A stretch of DNA of 64,000 nucleotides. Source: Octopus bimaculoides. Lineage: Eukaryota. Each line of letters opens with the position of its first letter. Position 1 is the stretch's first letter. The notes under the pieces are model-generated. The model searched no databases, was not told where the DNA came from, and was given only the letters and a program-made list of their open reading frames with translations. The translations under genes and the position numbers were made by a program. This document shows positions 27,175 to 40,290 of the stretch, piece by piece. The stretch covers positions 6,574,359 to 6,638,358 of the forward strand of contig NC_068982.1 in NCBI RefSeq assembly GCF_001194135.2, read 5' to 3'.

Positions 27175-27755
27175 GTACTCTTTTACTTGTTTCAGTCATT
27201 TCCCTGTGACCATGCTGGTGTACTGCCTTTTAGTTGAGCAACTCAACCCCAGGACTTATTCTTTGTAAGCTTGGTACTTTTTCTATCGGTCTCTTTTGCT
27301 GAACTGCTAAGTTATGGGGATGTAAACGCACCAGCAACAGTTGTCAAGCAATGTTGGAGTAACAAACAGACACACAAACACACACAGACACTCAAACACA
27401 CACAGACACACACACACACACAAACACACACAGACACACAAACACACACAAACACACACAGACACACAAACACACACAGACACACAAACACACACAGACA
27501 CACAAACACACACAGACACACAAACACACACAGACACACAAACACACACAGACAGACACACATACATATATATATTTTTTTTTATATATATACACAGGCT
27601 TCTTTCAGTTTCCGTCTACCAAATCCACTCACAAGGCTGTGGTCGGCCCGAGGCTATAGTAGAAGACGCTTGCCCAAGGCGCCATGAAGTGGGACTGAAC
27701 CTGGAACCCTGTGGCTGGTAAGCAAGCTACTTACCACATAGTCATTCCTGCACCT
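27175..27755 (-). mobile_element. tRNA-derived SINE family B, with expanded 18-bp CA-rich minisatellite
   Basis: Spacer 27365-27560 is (GACACACAAACACACACA)n. Confidence 0.9.
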
Positions 27756-27949
27756 AGCAATGTTGAGAAACATCACCCCTTTGTACCAAGCCAGCTGCAT
27801 TTTGTTAGATATTTTTGAAATATACAGTGGAAACATACCAAATATACTCTCAAATTCAACAGCATTTGCAGTTAAGTTATGCCATACTTAATAGAATATA
27901 CTGAATATGAACAGAGTTAAATTGTCTTTAAGTGTAAAATTGTAGTGTA

Positions 27950-28340
27950 GTGGATGGTGCGATGTCCATTATGATGACATCTGTCAAATGATATAAATAC
28001 TAATGGGCTTTAATCATGGGTGAATAGACTCTAGTGCTAGATCTTACATCTCTTGTATAGTCCTTCACACAATCTAGCATTTCTTTCAAGGCACAAGGTC
28101 ACATGATAATGAGATAATCAAACGTAGAAGGCACAATCGTTTAGATACTAATACGTGGGTGTCATTCACAGTAGCTTGTTGATCTTGAGTTATAGCTTGA
28201 TCTAAAGAAAACAAATATTGTTTTTCCATTAAAATATTAATTCCTTCAACAAGGTCGTGATTTTCAGTGATACTCGGAACAACAGTCTGAGTTCAAGTAT
28301 ATGTATAATCATTATTTTTTTTTCTCTTTCCAATTTGACT
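27950..28340 (-). pseudogene. Dead coding segment, paralog B (protein unidentified)
   Basis: QTVVPSITENHDLVEGINI...LDQAITQD...TVNDTHV...CALKE...YLYHLTDVII. Confidence 0.55.
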
Positions 28341-28639
28341 ACACATATACATTTTATTTTGTCCGGGGAGAGTCATCCTGTTATAATGCCTTATTAATTA
28401 AGACACTCACCAGTTCAATTACCACTCATTTATCTATTTTTTTCTAAAAATTTTTGGATTCTTGCAACCTCTTCACCCTTAGTAAAAGTAAATAGGTAAA
28501 TGAGTGGAAATCAAACCGGTGAGTATGTTAATTAATAAGGCGTTAAAACAAAATAACTATCCCCAGATACAATAAAATATGCTTCAACACACAAATTCAC
28601 ATAATCTTGCAAACCAAATACAAAAACGAATTTCACACA

Positions 28640-28718
28640 TACATATATATATATATATACACATACATGCATACATACATACATACACATATGCATACAT
28701 GCATACATACATATATTC

Positions 28719-28775
<57 letters not shown>
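28640..28775. repeat. (CATA)n/(TA)n microsatellite
   Basis: Direct reading. Confidence 0.98.
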
Positions 28776-28776
<1 letters not shown>

Positions 28777-29129
28777 ATTGATGTATATATAAACATCAAA
28801 TTCGAGTTAACAACTTTATATAACAGCATGCTTCGAAACATTTAGTCTATAATTTCAAGGGCCTCTTATTTTAGAGTCAGTAGAAGCATGAATAAAATTC
28901 AACTGTTATTGAGAAGTTGTATTATCAGGAATTTTTATCAGTAGCAAGTAGGTGTGTTTATATGATTAAACTTGCATTCTAATATTAGAATGCTTATCAT
29001 GTCTACAAGATATGACACTTCAAGTTCCAGGCAGGAGGGGTTTTTTTTCTTATCCAAAAGAGGTTTTCAAACCAGTAGTTACCATGTTATTATTTATAGT
29101 TTTATCATCTGCTTCAAGAGCACTATTCC

Positions 29130-29603
29130 AAAAATAAATTTTCATGGCACGGGTGCCAGTCATCGAATTTGGTTCAGTTTCGTTCTCACTTGCCCCAACA
29201 GGTCTTCACAAGCTGAGTGGACACCAAACTCAGTCTCGCTTCCATGCTGGTGGCATATAAAAATCACTATTTCAGCGCGATTGTTTCCTGCTTCGCCTAA
29301 CTGGCACTTGTGTCAGTAGCATGTGAACAAAACATTGGACTGACTCCTGTGCAGGTGGCATGTAAAAAAACACCATCTGAGCATAGCCGTTGTCAGTACC
29401 GCCGGACTGGCCCATGTGCTGGTGGAACGTAAAAAGCACCCACTACACTCTCGGAGTGGTTGGCATTAGGAAGGGCATCCAGCTGTAGAAATTCTGCCAG
29501 ATCAGATTGGAGTCTGGTGTAGCCATCTGGTTCACCAGTCCCCAGTCAAATCGTCCAACCCATGCTAGCATGGAAAGCGGACGTTAAATGATGATGATGA
29601 TGA
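29130..29603 (+). mobile_element. RTE 3' UTR with internal tandem units
   Basis: Same units and tail as the other copies. Confidence 0.85.
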
Positions 29604-29816
29604 AATAGGGTGTACTAAAACAGTCAAAAACTGATGAGGAGTTATCTTCTTTAGGTATTTTGTCCTGTACTTGTCTCTTGTGTGTTTACATATTTTTCAC
29701 TTGTTAGTGATCTCCTATACTTAGTATGTATTTTTATATATATGCCATTATCTGGCATATACAGGTGCTTACAATTATCAAGTATTACCTCTAAAAGTTG
29801 CTATATATATATATGC

Positions 29817-29876
<60 letters not shown>

Positions 29877-30802
29877 ACAGAGAGGGAGATTTTAGCTTTA
29901 AAGATGGAAATAGATTTTACTTCAAGATATCATTGCTAGCTATTTCATTGCAAGAAACGGTTGACATTTTTCCTCTAAATTTTTATAATCTCCACAACTG
30001 CGATCATATGAACTGAGCAAACTTGAAATCTTTGTCTGATCTTCAAATTGTTTGAAAACTATATCACTAAATTTATTTAGCCTTTTTTTGTTTTGTGTTT
30101 ATCGACACATTTATCACAGATGGAATGTGAGAGAAAACAGAAAGGAAGGACATGGGTTTGCATTGATTGAAGTGATAAAAAGAAATTTATCAAAAGTATT
30201 TAGATTAATGGAAGCTCGTTAATTGTTGATATTTTTGTTGAGATGCCTAATTAAATAATTAGATGTAGTTTTTAGTCCATATAAATGAAAAGCCTAGATT
30301 TTGCTATAAAGGAATGTTTTATACTTTATCAACTCTGAACATTGTTATTGCAGTTTAGATATTTCAATGTCTTGCTGTTGGCTAAAAAACAACCTGAATA
30401 CCTTTTTTCTATGCATTTAATATTTGGAAAAAAGAAAACGATTTTCATGATTGGCCATTTAAAAGACATCAACCTCTCCTCAGAGAACATCTGCACCTAG
30501 TTTTCTTTCCTATTCAGTAACATAGATTGTTCAGCTGCTATATAAACCTATTAAAAATTAGACTAACTTAATTTGCATATATGTGATATTTATGGTTCAT
30601 CAGTTTTATATATATATATATATATAAATTTAATGAATGGAGTAAAACGCGTATTTTAACTGCATACTTTTATTTCCAAAATATGTTTCGAAGAATTACA
30701 ATTTATACGATCCATAGGAATTGGCGATGTTTAAAATGTAATCTTCTCTTCAGGGAAATGCATGGGAACCAGCTTAAATGTAAGACATTACAACCGAATA
30801 TA

Positions 30803-31460
30803 TATATAAAGCTGAACATTAGAAGCATCAGTTGTGGTGTGCAAGAGAGACGATTGTGCTGGTATGGACATGTGGTGAGAATGGATGAGGATAGCTGCGT
30901 GAAAAAGTGCCACACCCTAACAGTTGAGGGAACCCGTGGAAGAAGTAGGCCCAGGAAGACCTGGGCTGAGGTGGTGAGGCAAGACCTTCGTACATTGGGC
31001 CTCACCGAGGCGATGACTACTGACCGAGACCTTTGGAAATGTGCTGTGCGTGAGAAGACCCGGCAAGCCAAGTAAGATCGTTGCCAGTGCCCCTGGACTG
31101 GCTTGTGCGGGNNNNNNNNNNNNNNNNNNNNNNNNNNNNNNNNNNNNNNNNNNNNNNNNNNNNNNNNNNNNNNNNNNNNNNNNNNNNNNNNNNNNNNNNN
31201 NNNNNNNNNNNNNNNNNNNNNNNNNNNNNNNNGGCACATAAAAGACACCATTTCCAGCGTGGCCGTTTTCGTGCGGGTGACACGTAAAAGCACCCACTAC
31301 ACTCTCTGAGTGGTTGGCGTTAGGAAGGGCATCCAGCTGGAGAAACTCTGCCAAATCAGACTGGAGCCTGGTGTTGCCATCCGGTTTCACCAGTCCTCAG
31401 TCAAATCGTCCAACCCATGCCAGCATGGAAAGCGGACGTTAAACGATGATGATGATGATA
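30803..31460 (+). mobile_element. RTE LINE ORF2 C-terminus plus 3' UTR (gap inside)
   Basis: ERRLCWYGHVVRMDEDSCVKKC...GRSRPRKTWAEVVRQDL...RQAK*, then the family UTR and (GAT)n tail. This links the abundant UTR repeat to RTE. Confidence 0.9.
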
Positions 31461-31882
31461 TATATAAGCAAGATATAAGTTATAGGTTATGCAACCATCT
31501 AAGGAATAGATGTATCCATAGGCACTCCTGGTGTATTACCCCACTATGTATTGTCCTCATTATAAGGTATATGGTAGTAGGCAATTTAAAGGTAAAATTG
31601 TGGTTTGATATATATTGAGACGATAAGAAATAGAGCAATGATTAACAATGAGTAGTGGATCATTGGTGTTTAAAAGTCAATATTTAATAGAATTTGGAAC
31701 CATTCACAGCTGTTTCTGTTTACTAAAATTGGAGTAAATTTACATTTACCTCGTTTACATTTAATAAACATCAGAATGAATAGAGGGAACAAACATCAAA
31801 GGCTTTTTCTCTTTCTTTGCCGTTCATTTAATGACTATTAAACAATAATAATCTACTTCTCATTGTTAATCATTACTCCATT

Positions 31883-31920
<38 letters not shown>

Positions 31921-31922
31921 GT

Positions 31923-31965
<43 letters not shown>

Positions 31966-31969
<4 letters not shown>

Positions 31970-32662
31970 GTTATTCCATAAATAATGTGATTTTTTTTTG
32001 TTTTATCTTTTAAAATTAAGGTAAAGTTCTTTTTTAATTTAAAATATACTCTCCTTCATTTTCTACAATGCTCTTCCATCAGTCCGGTAAACTTGCAAGG
32101 CCCCTCTTCCAAAATTCACTTGTCTATGAAGAAAAATCTTCCTCCAATACTGTTCTGACTTTGTCTACGGAATTCATATTTTTTTTGTCCAAATGATTTT
32201 GAAGACTGCAGAATAAATGATAATCAGATGAGGCAATGTCTGGCGAATATGGTGGTTGGGACATCATTTCTCATTGAAACTGCTCCAGCCTTTGGAGTGT
32301 CATCCTCACTGTATCTGGCCGAACATTATCCTGGTGGAAGAACACCTTTCGTCTTGAAACCAAAGATGGTCATTTTTCTTCTAGCACTGACTTAATTTGC
32401 TCAAGCTGCTCACAGTAGATCTCTTTTGTTATCGTTTGGTTTCGGTTTAAAAGTTCAAAGTGAACTAAACCTTTCATATTCCACCAAACAGATAACAATA
32501 CCTTATGTGGGTGAATACCTTCTTTAGCCTGGGGTGCCTGTGTTTCTCCTTTCCCTACCCACTTTCTTCAGCACTTGACAATTTTATAGAGAGCCCATTT
32601 CTCATCATCAATCACTACTCGGTCCAAAAAAGGTTCATTCATGTAATGTGACAGCAAAGATT
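31966..32662 (-). mobile_element. Mariner (DD34D-type) 3' half with TIR
   Basis: Minus strand translates as SLLSHYMNEPFLDRVVIDDEKW...HQDNVRP...QPPYSPDIASSDYHLF. TIR TTGGGTTATTCCATAAATAATG after TA at 31964-31965. Confidence 0.9.
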
Positions 32663-32721
32663 ACATTATATATAGTGTTTAATTAATGTCAAGCTGTCAA
32701 AAGCATAAATATGTAAATGAA

Positions 32722-33151
32722 CATTATTTACATTTGACGGATATTTGTCCTCATCTTGTCTGTTATTAACACAACATTTCGGCTGATATACCCTCCAGGC
32801 TTCATCTGGTGTCTTGGGGGAAATTTCAAACCTAGGTTCTCATTCCTAAGGTATTTTTCAATGCCATTATTATTATTATTATTATTATTATCATTATTAC
32901 GCCGTATGCCCACGAGCATATGGCATAGTGGTTAAGAGCACGGGCTACAAACCCCAAATAATAATAATATCGAAAGATACTTTAGGAATGAGAGCCCAGG
33001 TTCGAAATTTCCCCAAGACACCTGATGAAGGCTGGAGGGTACATCAGCCAAAACGTTGTGTTAACAACAAACAAGATGAGGACAAATGTCCATCAAATGT
33101 AAATAATGTAAATAATGTACATAATTCCTCATCTCTGAAATATAGAACTGT
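32722..33151. mobile_element. Composite hammerhead/tRNA-head element, copy 3
   Basis: Same architecture. Perfect 11-bp TSD ATGTAAATGAA at 32711-32721 and 33152-33162. Confidence 0.85.
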
Positions 33152-34395
33152 ATGTAAATGAAGTTATTCACAATGGTGCTAGTCTAATCTTTTACTACTT
33201 TATATCTGGTGAATAGTTTATACTATTTGTCGAAGAAGGATCATTTCTGAGGAACAATAAGAACAAGTAAAAGGCTCCATCAAGAACCCTTCTCCTCTTT
33301 CTTCTGAATATGAAAACATAGAGAAGAATAGGTTCACATTCTTCTTTAACCCATAGATAGGCCTTGTGATATTCAAAATTACTTCAGTTCTTCTGATTCC
33401 TGCTATGTAATGCATAAAATATATATACTGTTATTTCAAATTTCTAAGTTAATTTTAAACATGATAATCAGGATAAGATATTTGCAAAACATTATATGGA
33501 TGTTATCAGAAGCAAATTAAAGTAAAAATAAAATAACCTTAAATTTATTTTAAAAAAAAATAGAACTTGAAATCTTTTGTCTGAGTGGCTGGTTTTGGAA
33601 TACAATAGATATAATTATAGGATGAATATCAACCGTTGTCCTTATTCTAGCTGCCTTAAATGGAATCTGGAGATAATCGGTGATGGTTGGACATTATTGT
33701 TCAAACATAAGTGGCTGATTAAAACAGGAAATACTATTTCACTGTGGATTAATTAGTCCATTAGCATATTCAACATGTTCTTTCCTTCAACAAAAGCCTC
33801 TCTAGTGACATCTGATTTATTATGATTATCATTGTCGTTGTTGTTTTTGTTTTTGCTTTTGTTTTTTTTTTTTGCTGTTGTTTTGGTTGTTATTGTCAGT
33901 GGTGGCAGTGGTGAGGTTCTTGTTGTTCTCTGTAAAGGCTCACATTTCCAAATAGAAGATATCTTCTTCCAGAATTATAAGAAAAATGTTTCTTTCTTCC
34001 ATTATCAGTGAAAATGCTTTAGAATATTTGAACAACTTTCTCAAATAGTTGAGTAAGGAAAACATTGGTTTTTAGATATTTTACAAATTGTTCACATATT
34101 TTTACAAACAGTGATGTGCAATAGTTAGATGTGTTGCAAGATGGCCACCACATGGATGGTAGCGTAACCATAATTAAACATAGGACCAAATTATTCTTTT
34201 CTACTCTAAGCCCAAGGCCCAAAACTTTTGAGGAGGGAGCCATTCAATTAGATCGAGCCCAGTGTGAAGGGCAAAGTTGACCTTGACAGAAATTGAACTC
34301 AATACATAAAGACAGACGAAATACCGCTAAGAATTTTGCCTAGCATGCTAATTAGAACCAAATTATTAATTAAACAGTTCCACTTACAACACATA

Positions 34396-34891
34396 TTGAG
34401 TCATCCCATAAATAATGTTGTTTTATCAATTGAATGAACTAAAAGTCAGAGGGAGATGGAATAAACTACCTGCATCAACTTGCTATAAATGCAGGTAGTA
34501 ATTTTACCTTACTTATTCTTAGTACAAGTTTTGAAGAGTGCAGTTCTATTTTAACAGTTTCTTTTTCAGAGCTATAATGGAAGTGACAAAGGAACATATT
34601 CTGCATATTTTAATTTATGAGTTCAATAAAGGTAACAATGCATCAGAAAGTGCGAGGACTATTAATGCAGTATATGGGGATCAGACAATAAGTGTAAGCC
34701 AGTGTCAACGATGGTTCCAGAAATTCTGAGTCAGAAACTACAGCCTACAAGATGAGCGCCATCCTGGAAGATCTGTAGAGCTCGGCATGGATGTCCTGCA
34801 AACCATGGGGGAATAAAATCTCATTGTAACTGTTCAGGAACTAACAGAGAAGTTTAGATTTGGTCATTCAACCATTCATCAGCACCTGCAT
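34396..34891 (+). mobile_element. Mariner 5' half with TIR
   Basis: TIR TTGAGTCATCCCATAAATAATG. ATG 34577 gives MEVTKEHILHILIYEFNKGNNASESARTINAVYG...WFQKF...DERHPGRS (HTH region), ending at IHQHLH. Confidence 0.85.
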
Positions 34892-35074
34892 ATATATCAT
34901 AACATTTCTGTTATGATTCCTAATGGAATTCACGTGACTCATGTTGTTGCACCATGAACAGGGCTTACCTCTCTTGTGGTTGTTTTTCAAGGTACAGCGT
35001 GTAGATACTCCAATGTTCTTTTTTTTTTGGAGTCATAAATAGAGGACAATAACTATGTTATATTCTTATTCCTT

Positions 35075-35430
35075 CTAAAGTATTCGAGCAGTTCCAAACA
35101 GTGCTGTTTTCTGCAAGTGCTCCACCACTATTGCAGCCCCTATTTGTTCCATCTACTTCTGAAGATTTTTACTCACTGTTCCCAGGGCTCCGACAATTAT
35201 TGGTACTACTGCTACCTTTTTCATCGACCACAGCTGCTTAACCTCCCTAGCTAACCTGTCATATCTATCAACTTTTCTTTCTTCCTTATCGCATACCATA
35301 TTGTCAGCTGGGCTTGCTATATCTATTATCCAGCATCATTCGCTTTCTTTCTCAATTAAGACTATGTCTGGCTTCCTATTCTCTTTCTCATGGTCACACT
35401 GAATCATAAAATCCCACAGGATCTTTTATT
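35075..35430 (-). mobile_element. R4/Dong-like non-LTR fragment (RLE domain)
   Basis: ILWDFMIQCD...RKPDIVLI...DIASPAD...GALG...LQKTALFGTARIL; adjacent to (ATT)n. Confidence 0.8.
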
Positions 35431-35487
35431 ATTATTATTATTATTTTTATAACGTGCTTTCACTTCACTACCGAGCGCAGTATTATG

Positions 35488-35527
<40 letters not shown>

Positions 35528-36903
35528 GGTGGCAAACCAATGTTATCTTGAATAAAGGTATCTGAATATTATTTATTTAAAGAATAACAGCTGTGCGTAT
35601 GTCTTCAACTTTAGAACAGCTTATGTAAGCATTTCAAACAAGATTGTGAATTTCTTGTATAATTTATTTTCCCTGTCTTCAGTCTGTCAAGTTTCTCACC
35701 ATTAACCTATGAATTGATCTATATTTGTATCTCCTAAGTAACTTGCTTACTTTGAATTACCAAGTTTGGAAAGAATAATAATGATAATTTCCTTGTTCTG
35801 ATAAAAGAGTAAAAAAAAATTAACATTGGTTTTAATTGTACTTGCAATTAATTCTAACAATTTTACTGACATTATATCTTCTTCATCATTTGCACACAGC
35901 TGAGTGTGCAAATATATTATCTTGATTATATCAACTTCAATGGTTTAAAACTGGAATCAATAAACAAATTTTACTTGTTTTATTCTCTATTTTCCAAAAG
36001 TATGTCTGTTTGACTTTCATAAGTCACATCAAATAAAGAAACAAAAGGAAAGATTATATTACTAGTTTGTGGTTTAGATTCAACATCTAAGATAAAAATG
36101 ATATCTAAATAGGAATTGCAATAAATTTAAATCAATTAATATTATTTTCTCATTTATCATTCTATTTTATTTGATTCTCTACATCAGCTTTGTTCTGCAT
36201 TTTCTCTTACAAAATGATTGTCTATTATAGCAATTAACAATCTTATGTTGTCAAATCTGCCAATATATAAAAATGAGGGTGATACATTAGATAAGATATT
36301 AGACTTCTTGCACCCGGATCCACTACTGGTATTCTAGTATGTTTGAGAACAGAACGTTTTTCTAACTAAGGCAAACTGTTGGGAAGAGACAAATAATTTG
36401 AAATGCCTTTTTGTTGTAATGAGTTCCCTTGTTCGGCCCTAAGCAGTTATCCTACCTATTTAAGAATTTTGTTCGGTAGACTTTTGTTGTTATTCGGTTT
36501 TGCTATTATATGCTCATCTCCGTTTCCATCATTTTTGTATTTTGTCCATTATGCTGTCTCTGTATTTTTTGAGGCCTCAAGGCTTAAGACATTATCATTG
36601 TTGTTGTTGTTGTCATTGCAATCATCATAATATTTGACCTTCATAGAGTGGAGATGTCTTTTGGATCTTCCTTTCAAAGACATTTTATTCAAGCATTAGC
36701 TGTGGTTGCCTAAGGAGGGACTGCCCTTGATATCTAGAAGCAGATAACAAGAAAAGGAGATTTGTTTCACAAACTTTCAAGACTTTATTAACATGCATTA
36801 TATTTTCACGTCCAAAATAACTGCCACACATAATTATGATACACAAGAGTAAGCATTACAGTGGATAAAAAGACAACACAATCAAAGCATACAACTAAAT
36901 ATA

Positions 36904-37372
36904 CATCATCATCATCATCGTTTAACGTCCGCCTTCCATGCTAGCATGGGTTGGATGATTTGACTGGGGACTGGCAAAACCAGATGGCAAAACCAGGCTC
37001 CAATCTGATTTGGCAGAGTTTCTACAGCTGGATGTCCTTCCTAACGCCAACCTCTCCAAGAGTGTAGTGGGTTCTTTTACGTGCCACCAACACGAGGGCC
37101 AGTCAGGTGGTACTGGCAACGACCATGCTCAAAATGGTGGTTTTTACATGCCACCTGCGCAGGAGCCAGTCCAGCGGCACTGGCAATGACCTTGCTCGAA
37201 TGTTTTTTCACGTGCCACCGGCACAAGTGCCAGTAAGGCGACACTGGTAACGATCACACTCAAATGGTGCTATTTACGTGCCACTGGCATGGAAGCCAGA
37301 CAGCTGCTCTGGCAATGATCACACTCGGACGGTGCTCTTAGCGCTCCACAGGTGCCAGTCATCTACAAAAGG
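36904..37372 (-). mobile_element. RTE 3' UTR with internal tandem units
   Basis: (CAT)n then reverse-complement family sequence. Confidence 0.85.
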
Positions 37373-38324
37373 GACAGTAAATAAATAGTATAGTAGAAGC
37401 ATACACACATACACACAAGCATATACACATACATTGCATCGAAATTGTATTCAAAAATTACCTTGGATAGATTTAACTTGTTAAAGTTATCCAATAATGG
37501 CTAGTGCATAAGAACTGTATCTGTAACATTCTGTTCATTTGTGGAAGTTCTGATAAAGGAAAATTTAAGAGGCTCTTAAAAGTTAGAAATGAGCAACTAT
37601 GATAGTTCTTAATGAGAGGAGAAAACATCAAAGTCAGGAATGATTGAATGTATTTGGTACAAGAAAGGACTCCATTATGGAATTAAACACCCATAACTGA
37701 CACACAATAACTGCCGAAACTTGGACGAAAGAACCGGTCCATGTAATGCTTATTGTTAATAGAATAAGTGAAACCAGTTGTGACATTAGCTTAATATGGC
37801 TACCTTTCTTGAAAGATAAATATAAATTATCTCAAGTTATAACCTCAATTGTATTTCTATTCATGAGAAATAAAGTCTCTGGGCTTAAATTCCATCTGAT
37901 ACACATCAAGGCATAAGATGCTTGGTAATAATCAAAGATCAAACTGATCACAATGTAGTGTAGATATTTATACCAAAACTCTATTTCAGCTCTTAATTTA
38001 AGGTTAACAGTCCTTTACAAATCATCAACTACTTGAATACCATTTAGACAAAGCTCCTTCCAAACCCTGTTTATAGGAAATATCAGGTCCTGTAATAATT
38101 TGTCATGTCTAGTTTACAGAGTTTTCAGACTTTTTCCTCAGCGATGATAATCAAGACCAGTTCTTTCTTTCTTCTTAGTCTAATGATAAAATCTGTAACC
38201 TAAAGTTATCTGCAGCTCATGCCAGAGATTATGGTTACAACAACACAATGCTGCATGAGATGTCTCAAATATTGTGCAGGGGGATTCATCTGCCACTCTC
38301 TTCTTATCACTGTGAGTCTTTTCA

Positions 38325-38800
38325 TATCATCATTATCATCAGCAGCAACAACATTTAACATTTGTTTTCCAAGCTGGTATGGGTTAGATGGTTTTGCAAG
38401 AGTTGACAGGGTCAGGGTCCACACCAGATTTCATTGTCTGTTTTGGCATGGTTCCTACAGCTGGATGGCCTTCCTAATGCCAACCACTTTACAGTGTGTG
38501 CTCGGTGCATTTTACATGGCATCAGCACCAGTGTTTTTTGCATGGCACCAACACTGACAGGGTCGACAGATATCTTGCAAGATGAAAACCTTTCAATTGT
38601 GTGGGGAGGAGTAGTACTGAAGGGTGTATGGTTTTGTGCCAGTTGAAAGATTTAAGGTATAGAAGGGACTTGGTGTTGAGTGAATACATGGATACTCCAG
38701 GAAAAAGACAAAGGTGAGTGAATTAGGGAGTAAGATAAAGAGTGTGACAGGGAGAGAGATGATGCTAAAGGCATGTCATGACATATCCTTGAGGGACAGA
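38325..38800 (-). mobile_element. RTE 3' UTR (second subfamily)
   Basis: Family tail plus purine-rich upstream part shared with 42947-43230. Confidence 0.75.
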
Positions 38801-38858
38801 AAAAAAAAAAACTAGGAAAATTGTGTATAATGCCACCCCCTTATGTATTTCTCACCAG

Positions 38859-38987
38859 ACATTACAAAAGTATTACATATAATCTTTAATTTCAAGTCTC
38901 ACATCACTGAGACAATGCCTTCAATTCCAAACATATTTCAACAATTTATTTCTAACTTTCAAAACTCTGAAAGTGCAACTAAAGTGT
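38859..38987 (+). CDS. Candidate exon (129 nt, phase 1-1)
   Basis: TATTTCTCACCAG| ITKVLHIIFNFKSHITETMPSIPNIFQQFISNFQNSESATKV |GTGAGT. Confidence 0.25.
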
Positions 38988-39493
38988 GTGAGTTATTTAG
39001 ACATAGCATAAAAAAAAAAAAAAAATGTAACTAATACAGATGTGACAGTATGTCAATCACATTATTCTATTATCTAGAGTCAATTGGTTTGAAGATAATC
39101 TGACATAAGTAATTGTGGAAATCAGTATTAATTGCTTTCATGAACTTTCAAATAGAAGTCAAAAGAAGTCTTAACTTTTTTTTTTTTTTTTCCCTATGAC
39201 TTTGCAAATAAATTAGTTTAAAAAACCCAAAACAACTCACTTTATTCCAGAATGTTTTAAGTAGACATACAGATATTGAAGATAGATATTAACACAACTA
39301 TTTGCAGGAAATCTTCAATTCAAGTTATCCGTTTATTCTTTTTACTTTTGCCTTATCTCCAAGTTTTTTTTTCTCCCAATAGACAAGTTTATGAATTATT
39401 TCTATTGTATTCTTGTCTACAAATTGAAATAAGGAGAATCCCTCCCTCTAGTTTCTAAAACTGTTTACTGACAGCTTTTATAGAAAAACTTAC

Positions 39494-39544
39494 TGACACG
39501 ATTTGATACATGAGGTCCTTATGCAGCTGAATCGAATCTAAACA
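39494..39544 (-). CDS. Candidate internal exon (51 nt, phase 0-0)
   Basis: Strong sites TTTTTTTCAG| ... |GTAAGT. Only one frame open: CLDSIQLHKDLMYQIVS. Confidence 0.4.
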
Positions 39545-39914
39545 CTGAAAAAAACTCAACCAACTTCATACCACTAAATTAGTTAATAAATAAATGAAAG
39601 ACAATTATGATCTTAGTATTTTTTACTTATAATTCATAATTTCCAATACAGCATTGTGTTATTTTTTAGAATAGAGAATAGCTCATTACATTCCCTTTTT
39701 CAATATACCTATCTCATTCTGTGATTTAATGGCTAACATTATCCAACAAATGCTATCATAAAATATCTTCTCTGTGGAAATATCCTCTATATAAAAAGCA
39801 ATTATTTTATAATAGGCCTTGAAGTGGGTTTCATATATTTTCTTTAGTTGACATCCTGATATTTTAGCATCATGCTCATAGCCATTCACTGATTTGTCAA
39901 GCTGTTATACATAG

Positions 39915-40290
39915 GGGCTGGTGTGGCTGTGTGGTAAGAAGTTTGCTTCCCAACCTCATGGTTCCAGGTTCAGTCTCACTGTGTGGAACCTTGGGCAAGT
40001 GTCTTTTACTGTAGTTTTGGGCCAACCAAAGCCTTGTGAGTGGATTCGATAGATGGAAACTCATAGAAGCCCATCGTGTGTGTGTGTCTCTTTGTGTCTG
40101 TGTTTGTCTCCTATCACCACTTGACAACTGGTGTTGGTGTATTTATGTTGCCGTGGTTTAGCAAAAGAGACCGATAGAAAAAGTATCTGGCTTCATAAAA
40201 AAAAAAAGTATGGGGGCCATTTGTTCAGCTAAAATTTTACAAGGCAGTGCCCCAGCTTGGCCGCTATTTAATAACTGAAACAAGAAAAAA
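39915..40290 (+). mobile_element. tRNA-derived SINE family B
   Basis: Full-length family match. Confidence 0.85.

Noticed and set aside
29930-30160. RING/B-box-like LPFCFLSHSICDKCVDKH and nearby BIR-like MFSEERLMSFKWP (near 30.45 kb)
   Set aside because: Remaining ligand residues are absent and the frame breaks at a poly-A run; ORFs of this length are expected by chance.
18819-30779. Plus-strand micro-exon candidates (18819-18835, about 25422-25454, 30754-30779; also about 4438-4479)
   Set aside because: Splice-like sites only, with no recognisable product or unique chain; chance occurrence is likely.
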